Shown here piece by piece: positions 45,108-51,967 of a stretch of 51,967 nucleotides of DNA. Source of the DNA: Ruminococcus sp. (GTDB lineage: Bacteria > Bacillota > Clostridia > Oscillospirales > Ruminococcaceae); contig JAFTAX010000110.1 of the NCBI GenBank assembly GCA_017458445.1, positions 1 to 51,967 of the forward strand, in the 5' to 3' direction. Numbering within the stretch: position 1 is the stretch's first letter; the number at the start of each line of letters is the position of its first letter. The notes beneath the pieces were generated by a model. That model was not told the DNA's origin and ran no database searches. It was given only the letters and a program-made list of their open reading frames with translations. Both the position numbers and the translations under genes were made by a program.

Positions 45108-46331
45108 ATGGGCATTTTTGAAAAATTCAGATCAGGGCTTAGAAAAACAAAAGACTCAATGATGGGCAAGGTTGAAAGCCTTTTAATCTCATTCACAAAG
45201 ATTGATGAGGATTTGTTTGAAGAGCTTGAAGAAACACTCATAATGTCAGATATCGGCGTTACAACATCGGTAAAGATTTGCGATGAGCTTCGTGAAAAGG
45301 TCAAGGCAAACGGCGTTACTGACCCTTTGCAAATCAAAGATATGCTAAAGGAAGTAATCAGCGAAATGCTCGGCGAGGAAACACCACTTGACCTCTCAAC
45401 AAAGCCGTCTGTAATATTGGTTATCGGTGTTAACGGCGTTGGAAAGACTACCACAATCGGTAAGCTTGCGTACCAGCTTCATAACGACGGCAAAAAGGTT
45501 ATTGTAGCAGCAGCTGATACCTTCAGAGCAGCAGCAATCGACCAGCTTGAAGTATGGACAAAAAGAGCTGGCGTTGACATTGTAAAGCATAACGAAGGCT
45601 CGGACCCTGCGGCAGTAGTTTTTGACGCACTCACAGCAGCAAAGTCAAGAAACGCTGATGTTGTGATTTGCGATACAGCTGGACGACTTCACAACAAGAA
45701 AAACCTGATGGAAGAGCTTAAAAAGATTTCCCGAATTGTTCATCAGCAGGCTGAAGGCTGTGCACTCGAAGTGCTTTTGGTGCTTGATGCTACAACAGGG
45801 CAGAACGCTGTCAATCAGGCAAAGCAGTTTAATGAGGCTGCTGACATAACGGGAATCGTGCTGACAAAGCTTGACGGAACAGCAAAAGGCGGAATTATTA
45901 TCAGCATTGCTGATGATTTGAAGGTGCCTGTAAAGCTTGTTGGTGTCGGCGAAAAGCTTGATGATTTGCAGCCATTTTCTACAAGCGGATTTGTTGATGC
46001 TTTGTTCATGGACGATGTCGAGTTTGAGGGCAACTATGAACGCCTTAAAGATGAGGAAAATGATGAGGCTGATAACGCTGATGATACAGCTGTGGAAGCT
46101 GTTGATGAGCAGACTGAAACAGAGGAAGAATCTGCTGAGCCTGATGATGATACAGCAGAGGAAGCTGTGGAACAAGTCGACGAATCAGCAGGCGTTGAGG
46201 ACGTTGCCGAAAATGCTGAAAGCGTTGATGAAAGCGTTGAAGAAAGCGTGCAGGAAGAGCCAAAGGAAAAGAAGAAACGTGGCTTTTTCCGTTCACGTTT
46301 TGGAAAGAAAGATAAAGGTGAGCAGGCTTGA
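45108..46331 (+). CDS. ftsY: SRP receptor FtsY with an acidic C-terminal extension
   Basis: GVNGVGKTTTIGKLA, DTFRAAA, DTAGR, DATTGQN, TKLDGTAKGG; about 107 extra residues after FVDALF. Confidence 0.97.
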   Translation: MGIFEKFRSGLRKTKDSMMGKVESLLISFTKIDEDLFEELEETLIMSDIGVTTSVKICDELREKVKANGVTDPLQIKDMLKEVISEMLGEETPLDLSTKPSVILVIGVNGVGKTTTIGKLAYQLHNDGKKVIVAAADTFRAAAIDQLEVWTKRAGVDIVKHNEGSDPAAVVFDALTAAKSRNADVVICDTAGRLHNKKNLMEELKKISRIVHQQAEGCALEVLLVLDATTGQNAVNQAKQFNEAADITGIVLTKLDGTAKGGIIISIADDLKVPVKLVGVGEKLDDLQPFSTSGFVDALFMDDVEFEGNYERLKDEENDEADNADDTAVEAVDEQTETEEESAEPDDDTAEEAVEQVDESAGVEDVAENAESVDESVEESVQEEPKEKKKRGFFRSRFGKKDKGEQA

Positions 46332-46909
46332 GGATAATACTTGCAACAAACAACAAAAACAAGCTTCGTGAAATAAGCCAGATTCTCTCACCGCTTGGGT
46401 ATGAGGTAGTGACGCAAAGCGATGCAGGGATAAACATTGAGGTCGATGAAACCGGCGTTACCTTTGCTGAAAACGCTTATCTCAAGGCGAAAGCAATATT
46501 TGATCTGACGGATAACTGTTGTGTGCTTGCTGATGACAGCGGACTTATGATTGACTACTTAAACGGTGAGCCTGGTGTTTATTCTGCAAGATATGGCGGC
46601 ACAAAGAATGACAAGGACCATAACGATTTGGTGCTAAAAAAGCTTAGCGGCGTGCCTGATGAAAAGCGTACTGCAAGATTTGTCTGTGCGATGTGCTTTA
46701 TCAAGGCTGACGGCGAAGTGATTGCAGTTGAGGGAAAATGCGAGGGCAAAATTGCTGCAGAGCCGTCTGGCGAAAACGGCTTTGGCTATGACCCGATATT
46801 TATGTTTGGCGACAAAAGCTTTGCAGAGATTCCCGCAGATGAAAAGAACAGGGTGTCACACAGGGCTAATGCTATAAAAATGCTTTTGCAATCTCTTAAC
46901 ACTAACTAA
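46328..46909 (+). CDS. rdgB: Non-canonical purine NTP pyrophosphatase RdgB/HAM1
   Basis: ATNNKNKLRE, ENAYLKA, ADDSGL, PGVYSARY, GFGYDPIF, KNRVSHR. Confidence 0.96.
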   Translation: MRIILATNNKNKLREISQILSPLGYEVVTQSDAGINIEVDETGVTFAENAYLKAKAIFDLTDNCCVLADDSGLMIDYLNGEPGVYSARYGGTKNDKDHNDLVLKKLSGVPDEKRTARFVCAMCFIKADGEVIAVEGKCEGKIAAEPSGENGFGYDPIFMFGDKSFAEIPADEKNRVSHRANAIKMLLQSLNTN

Positions 46910-47002
46910 GATTTGTAATGCTATAAAGGGTTATCTGCTGAGAGGAGCTTTTTTGAAGAAAGATTCCACCAATGGACAAACTCTGTGTATAAATATAAGC
47001 TT
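46908..47002. repeat. Collapsed (single-hairpin) copy C of the palindromic element
   Basis: TATAAAGGGTTATCTGCTGAGAGGAGCTTTTTTGAAGAAAGATTCCACCAATGGACAAACTCTGTGTA is self-complementary and resembles the left end of copies A/B joined to their right end. Confidence 0.6.
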
Positions 47003-47043
47003 TGATTTATATCAGGAAGATTTCATGAGAGAAAGGGTAAGAT

Positions 47044-47340
47044 ATGATAACACCAAAACAGAGGGCAGAGCTTAAGGCTCTTGCAAACTCACTCGAACCT
47101 GCATTTCAGGTAGGCAAGGGAGGAGTGAATGAAAAACAGGTAGCACAGATTGATGACTATCTGCGAGTACACGAGCTTGTAAAGATAAAAGTACTTGACA
47201 ATTCGCTTTATACAGCAAAGGAAGCAGCAGCTGAGATATCTGAGCAGATAAACGCTGAGGTCGTGCAGTGCATTGGCTCAAAGGCGATTTTATACAAGAA
47301 AAACGAAAAGGATCCTGTAATAAGGCTGAGAAACAAGTAA
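47044..47340 (+). CDS. yhbY: YhbY/CRM-domain RNA-binding protein
   Basis: ITPKQRAELKALA, QVGKGG, HELVKIKVL, VQCIG. Confidence 0.95.
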   Translation: MITPKQRAELKALANSLEPAFQVGKGGVNEKQVAQIDDYLRVHELVKIKVLDNSLYTAKEAAAEISEQINAEVVQCIGSKAILYKKNEKDPVIRLRNK

Positions 47341-47948
47341 TGGGTAAAATAGGATTTTTCGGGGGAACATTCAACCCCGTGCATAAAGGGCATAAAAAAC
47401 TGCTTGAAAGCGTTATTCGGGCTCTGCAGTTTGACAAGGTTATTGTCCTGCCGTCAAGAGTGCCACCGCACAAGCAGGTTGACGGTCTTTTGTCTGGTAA
47501 GGACAGGCTTAATATGTGCAAGCTTGCATTTGCTGACATAAAAGGTGTCGAGGTTTCAGACTGGGAGCTTCGCCAGAGTGGAAAGAGCTATTCGGTTTTA
47601 ACGCTCAGGCATTTTAAAAGTGAGTATCCTGATGATAAGCTATATTTTATTATGGGCAGTGATATGCTGTTGTCATTTCATGAGTGGTACTGCTATGAAG
47701 AGATACTAAAGCTGGCATCATTGGTGTGTGTTTCAAGGAAAAACGAGGACACGACGAGCTTGCTGTTAAGCTATGCAAAAACGCTTGAGCAAAAAGGCGG
47801 AGAGGTAATAATCGTCCCTGAGGAGCCGTTTGAAGTGTCATCGACTGAGCTTCGGGACAAGCTTAAAAAAGGACAGGATTGCTCTTGCTATTTGGATAAA
47901 AATGTTGTACAATATATAGAAGCAAATAATCTGTATCACGAGGGATAA
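47340..47948 (+). CDS. nadD: Nicotinate-nucleotide adenylyltransferase
   Basis: GFFGGTFNPVHKGH, PPHK, SYS, FIMGSD, VSSTELR. Confidence 0.96.
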   Translation: MGKIGFFGGTFNPVHKGHKKLLESVIRALQFDKVIVLPSRVPPHKQVDGLLSGKDRLNMCKLAFADIKGVEVSDWELRQSGKSYSVLTLRHFKSEYPDDKLYFIMGSDMLLSFHEWYCYEEILKLASLVCVSRKNEDTTSLLLSYAKTLEQKGGEVIIVPEEPFEVSSTELRDKLKKGQDCSCYLDKNVVQYIEANNLYHEG

Positions 47949-47951
47949 CAA

Positions 47952-48536
47952 GTGTTTGACAAGAAGAAAATATGTGAATATAAAGATTATCTTAAGAAGA
48001 ATCTGTCTAAAAAAAGATATACTCATTCATTGAATGTGGCAGAGTCTGCATTAGCTCTTGCTGAGAGGTATAAGGCTGATAAGGACAAGGCTTATGTTGC
48101 AGGGCTTATACATGATGTTGCAAAAGAGCTGCCTACAGAAAAACAAAGAAAGCTTGTGGTTAATTCAAAGCTGAATGTCAGCGATATTGAAACAAAGGCA
48201 ACGCCACTTTATCACGCAATTGCTGGTGCTGAGCTTATTCAGACTGAATTTGGCATAGATGATGAGGAGATAATTGATGCTGTGAGGTATCATACAGTTG
48301 CCTGCAAGGATATGTCAAAGCTTAGCCAGATTGTATATCTTGCGGACCTTATATCAGAGGACAGAGATTATAAAGATGTAAAAAAGATGAGAAAATATTG
48401 CGAGCAAAGCTTGGAAAAGGGTATGCTTGAGGCGTTGAAATTCTCAATTTCCGATTCGGTTAGAAAAGGTAATTCGATACCGTGTTCAACACTTGAAGCA
48501 TATAATGATTTCACTTTGCTTTATAATAAAAAATAG
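47952..48536 (+). CDS. yqeK: YqeK HD-domain bis(5'-nucleosyl)-tetraphosphatase
   Basis: KRYTHSLNV, GLIHDVAK, YHAIAGA, AVRYHT, YLAD; located between nadD and rsfS. Confidence 0.92.
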   Translation: MFDKKKICEYKDYLKKNLSKKRYTHSLNVAESALALAERYKADKDKAYVAGLIHDVAKELPTEKQRKLVVNSKLNVSDIETKATPLYHAIAGAELIQTEFGIDDEEIIDAVRYHTVACKDMSKLSQIVYLADLISEDRDYKDVKKMRKYCEQSLEKGMLEALKFSISDSVRKGNSIPCSTLEAYNDFTLLYNKK

Positions 48537-48545
48537 GAGGATTAT

Positions 48546-48911
48546 ATGAGCGTAATTTCACAGGAAGAAAAAATAAAAGCTGTAGTTAAAGCGATGGATT
48601 CAAAGCTTGCTGAGGACATTCAGCTTATCGGGATAAAGGATCTGACTATCGTTGCTGACTATTTTGTTATAGCAAACGGTACGTCAAACACCCAGACGAA
48701 AGCTATTGCTGATGAGGTTGAATTCAAGCTGAAACAGCAGGGCATTGAACCGCTGAGAATTGAGAGTGACCCGTCATCGACATGGGTTATACTTGATTAT
48801 GGCGACATTGTGGTTCATGTTTTCTATAAGGAAACAAGAAACTATTATAACCTTGAAAGACTCTGGTCTGACGGTGAAAAATGCGATGTTGAGAAATATC
48901 TCAAGGACTGA
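48546..48911 (+). CDS. rsfS: Ribosome silencing factor RsfS
   Basis: KLAEDI, ADYFVIANG, WVILDYGDIVVHVF, RNYYNLERLW. Confidence 0.96.
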   Translation: MSVISQEEKIKAVVKAMDSKLAEDIQLIGIKDLTIVADYFVIANGTSNTQTKAIADEVEFKLKQQGIEPLRIESDPSSTWVILDYGDIVVHVFYKETRNYYNLERLWSDGEKCDVEKYLKD

Positions 48912-48949
48912 CAATATAAATACAAACAACTAAGGAAGGATTGTTTTTA

Positions 48950-51355
48950 ATGAAATATGATTTTTCGGCTATTGAAAACAAATGGCAAAAATACTGGGAC
49001 GAGCATGAAACATTCAAAGCAAGTGATGACCATTCAAAGAAAAAGTTCTATGCTTTGGTAGAGTTCCCATATCCATCAGGACACGGTATGCACGTAGGTC
49101 ACATCAAGGCATACTCAGGTCTTGAAGTGGTAAGCAGAAAAAGACGTATGCAGGGATATAATGTGCTTTTCCCTATCGGTTTTGATGCTTATGGTCTGCC
49201 GACAGAGAACACAGCTATCAAGACTGGCGTTCACCCAAGACAGGTAACTGACAACAATATTGTAAAGTTCACAAGCCAGCTTAAAAGAGTAGGATTCTCA
49301 TTTGACTGGTCACGAGTTGTTGACACAACTGACGAGAATTATTACAAGTGGACACAGTGGATTTTACTGAAAATGTTTGAAAACGGTCTTGTTTTCAGGG
49401 ATAAGACAATGGTTAACTATTGCCCGAGCTGTAAGGTTGTACTCTCAAATGAGGACTCTCAGGGCGGTAAGTGTGATGTCTGCCACAGCGATATTGTACA
49501 GAAGACAAAGGAAGTATGGTACCTCAGAATCACAGAGTATGCAGACAAGCTTCTTGAAGGATTAAAAGAGGTTGACTATCTGCCTAATGTCAAGCTCCAG
49601 CAGGAAAACTGGATTGGTAAGTCAACAGGTGCCTTTGTAAACTTCAGCATCAAAGAATTTGACGAAAAGCTCAGGATATATACAACACGCCCTGATACAC
49701 TCTATGGCGTAACATTCATGGTTATCGCACCTGAGCACCCGATTATCCAGAAATACAGGGACAGCATTTCAAATATTGATGAGCTTGATGCATATAAGAA
49801 TGAGTGTGCAAAGAAGAGTGAGTTTGAGAGAACACAGCTTGTAAAAGACAAGACTGGCGTTAGAATCGAGGGGCTCACAGCAATTAATCCTATCACTGAA
49901 AAAGAGATACCGATTTATATTTCAGACTATGTAATGATGGGCTACGGTACTGGTGCTATTATGGCTGTGCCTGCACATGATACCCGTGACTATGAGTTTG
50001 CAAAGAAGTTTGGCATTGACATAATTGAAGTAATCAAGGGTGGCGACATTTCCGTTGAAGCATATACTGGTGACGGCGAAATGGTCAACTCAGGTGTGCT
50101 AAACGGTATTACAAACAAAAAGGACGCTATTGCAAAAATGCTTGAAGAGCTTGAAAAGCTTGGCTGCGGTGAAGCAGGCGTTCAGTATAAGATGAAAGAC
50201 TGGGCATTTAACCGTCAGAGATATTGGGGCGAGCCTATTCCGATTGTTCATTGTGACAAGTGCGGAATGGTGGCTGTGCCTTATGATGAGCTTCCATTGA
50301 AGCTTCCACCAGTTGAGAACTTTGAGCCTGGTACAGACGGCGAAAGTCCACTTGCAAAGATTGAGTCATTTGTAAACTGCAAGTGTCCTAAGTGCGGAGC
50401 TGATGCTAAGCGTGAAACAGATACAATGCCACAGTGGGCAGGTTCATCATGGTACTTCCTGCGTTATTGTGACCCTAACAATGATAATGAGTTTGCGTCA
50501 CAGGAAGCACTCAAGTACTGGTTGCCTGTTGACTGGTATAACGGTGGTATGGAGCACGTTACACGTCATATGATCTATTCAAGATTCTGGCATAAATTCC
50601 TTTATGACCTCGGTCTTGTGCCAACATCAGAGCCTTATGCAAAGAGAACTGCTCAGGGACTCATTCTTGGTTCAGACGGCGAAAAGATGAGTAAATCAAG
50701 AGGTAATGTTGTTGACCCTAATGATGTTGTTGACATCTACGGTGCAGACGTTCTCAGACTTTATGTTCTCTTTATGGGCGACTATGAAAAGGCTGCACCA
50801 TGGAGTGAAAGCAGTGTTAAGGGCTGTAAGAGATTCCTTGACAGAATCTGGGCTTTGCAGGACAAGATTGTTGATAGCGACAAGTATTCAGAAAAGCTTG
50901 AATCTTCAATGCACAAGACAATCAAGAAAGTAACTGAGGACATTGAAGCTATGAAGTTTAATACAGCTATTGCAGCAATGATGTCGCTTATCAATGAGAT
51001 TTATGCAGTTGATTCAATCACAAGAAAAGAATTCAGGGATTTGCTTGTTATCTTAAACCCATTTGCACCACATATCACAGAAGAGCTTTATCAGCTTATC
51101 GGCTGTGATGGCGTACTTAACGAGCAGGAATGGGTAACGTATGATGAGGCACTCTGCGTTGATTCTATGATTGAAATTGTTTGTCAGGTAAACGGCAAGA
51201 TTAAGTGCAAGCTTAATGTTCCTGCTGATATTGAGCAGGCTGATGCCGTTGAGGCCGCAAAGGCTGATGCTAAGGTTCAGGAAGCTATTGCCGGCAAGAA
51301 TGTAGTCAAGGAGATTTATGTTAAAGGAAAGCTTGTAAATATCGTTGCAAAATAG
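48950..51355 (+). CDS. leuS: Leucine--tRNA ligase
   Basis: FPYPSG..HVGH, TTRPDT, GTGAIMAVPAHD, RQRYWGEPIP, KMSKSRGN, QVNGK. Confidence 0.98.
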   Translation: MKYDFSAIENKWQKYWDEHETFKASDDHSKKKFYALVEFPYPSGHGMHVGHIKAYSGLEVVSRKRRMQGYNVLFPIGFDAYGLPTENTAIKTGVHPRQVTDNNIVKFTSQLKRVGFSFDWSRVVDTTDENYYKWTQWILLKMFENGLVFRDKTMVNYCPSCKVVLSNEDSQGGKCDVCHSDIVQKTKEVWYLRITEYADKLLEGLKEVDYLPNVKLQQENWIGKSTGAFVNFSIKEFDEKLRIYTTRPDTLYGVTFMVIAPEHPIIQKYRDSISNIDELDAYKNECAKKSEFERTQLVKDKTGVRIEGLTAINPITEKEIPIYISDYVMMGYGTGAIMAVPAHDTRDYEFAKKFGIDIIEVIKGGDISVEAYTGDGEMVNSGVLNGITNKKDAIAKMLEELEKLGCGEAGVQYKMKDWAFNRQRYWGEPIPIVHCDKCGMVAVPYDELPLKLPPVENFEPGTDGESPLAKIESFVNCKCPKCGADAKRETDTMPQWAGSSWYFLRYCDPNNDNEFASQEALKYWLPVDWYNGGMEHVTRHMIYSRFWHKFLYDLGLVPTSEPYAKRTAQGLILGSDGEKMSKSRGNVVDPNDVVDIYGADVLRLYVLFMGDYEKAAPWSESSVKGCKRFLDRIWALQDKIVDSDKYSEKLESSMHKTIKKVTEDIEAMKFNTAIAAMMSLINEIYAVDSITRKEFRDLLVILNPFAPHITEELYQLIGCDGVLNEQEWVTYDEALCVDSMIEIVCQVNGKIKCKLNVPADIEQADAVEAAKADAKVQEAIAGKNVVKEIYVKGKLVNIVAK

Positions 51356-51402
51356 GATTTCAGGCAGCAGCAAAAAAATGCTAAAAATTCTGATAAAAGC
51401 TC

Positions 51403-51431
51403 TTGACTTTAAATAGCAAATATAGTATAAT
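51403..51431 (+). promoter_or_regulatory. Sigma-A promoter of rpsU
   Basis: TTGACT-17 nt-TATAAT. Confidence 0.75.
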
Positions 51432-51474
51432 GTAATTTGTAATTATATTGACATTTCAGTACTATAACTAAACA

Positions 51475-51610
51475 GACAGAGAAGGCCGTTTGGGTAAGTT
51501 CATTGCGATGTACGGCGTTTTGGTTTGCATAAGGCAAACTCCTTCACTATTCACCGGTGGTTGTGGTATTGGTCAGATAATTATCTCTGTCACAGGTGGC
51601 AAAGGGAGGG
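51475..51610 (+). promoter_or_regulatory. Candidate structured 5' leader of rpsU
   Basis: GACAGAGA(51475)/TCTCTGTC(51584) closing stem with inner hairpins GCCGT/ACGGC and GTTTGC/GCAAAC. Confidence 0.45.
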
Positions 51611-51617
51611 AATAGTT

Positions 51618-51791
51618 TTGGCAGAAATTCGTGTTGGTAAAAACGAAACTTTGGATACTGCACTTAAGCGTTTTAAGAGATCTTGCGCAAGAGATGGGGT
51701 TATTGCAGAAGTTCGTAAGAGAGAACACTACGAAAAGCCATCGGTTAAGCGTAAGAAAAAATCCGAAGCTGCTCGTAAGCGTAAATACTAA
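51618..51791 (+). CDS. rpsU: 30S ribosomal protein S21
   Basis: TTG start after GGGAGG; [35 protein letters not shown]. Confidence 0.97.
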   Translation: MAEIRVGKNETLDTALKRFKRSCARDGVIAEVRKREHYEKPSVKRKKKSEAARKRKY

Positions 51792-51804
51792 TATTTGATG
51801 AAAT

Positions 51805-51835
51805 AGCGGGCATATTTATGTCCGCTTTTTATTTT
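51805..51835 (+). terminator. Terminator after rpsU
   Basis: AGCGGGCAT-attt-ATGTCCGCT-TTTTATTTT. Confidence 0.8.
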
Positions 51836-51848
51836 ATAGGAGATTAAA

Positions 51849-51967
51849 ATGTTTTTTAAACCAACTTATGTTTTTAATGATATAACAGAAATTACACCTG
51901 ATTTTTTGCATGAGCATAAAATTAAAGGCCTGATTTTAGACCTTGATAACACTCTCACAACGCATAA
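51849..51967 (+). CDS. yqeG: YqeG-family HAD IIIA phosphatase (5' fragment, truncated by the window)
   Basis: MFFKPTYVFNDITEITPDFLHEHKIKGLILDLDNTLT (DxDNT motif); SD AGGAG. Confidence 0.85.
   Translation, partial: MFFKPTYVFNDITEITPDFLHEHKIKGLILDLDNTLTTH

Noticed and set aside
51525-51617. N-terminal extension of S21 in the ORF track
   Set aside because: S21 homology and the SD point to TTG 51618; the upstream part is leader RNA.

Overview
This is a core-genome window from a low-GC (roughly 40%) Firmicute, most likely a Ruminococcus-like member of the Oscillospiraceae. Genes lie mostly on the + strand. Gene order: partial GH36 alpha-galactosidase (-), pfkA, a cohesin/cadherin-like surface protein, T-box-alaS-HIT, membrane ORF-recD2-comF, two small spore-coat-like ORFs, SRP RNA-dnaX-ybaB-recR (-), amidase, 6S RNA (-), a TIGR03960/TIGR03936 radical-SAM pair, rplS, lepB-rbgA-rnhB-yraN-thrC, an unannotated 54-aa Cys-rich DUF1540 ORF (-), metallophosphoesterase, tig-clpP-clpX, HD hydrolase, GT-C glycosyltransferase (-), metA, a serine hydrolase lipoprotein, L20 leader-infC(ATT start)-rpmI-rplT, trmH-like-dprA-topA-trmFO-plsX-rnc-radical SAM-smc-ftsY-rdgB, yhbY-nadD-yqeK-rsfS-leuS, rpsU and partial yqeG. 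I saw no prophage, CRISPR array, rRNA, tRNA or transposase. The strongest non-routine signals are three. (1) A family of non-coding palindromic elements: two full copies of about 315 bp (6856-7174, 28259-28573) and one collapsed single-hairpin copy (46908-47002). They share a REPIN/MITE-like core and each has locus-specific outer arms that are also palindromic. (2) An FtsY whose acidic domain and KEKKKRGFF motif sit at the C-terminus rather than the N-terminus. (3) A structured leader of about 180 nt ahead of rpsU. All calls come from reading motifs by eye; no searches were run.
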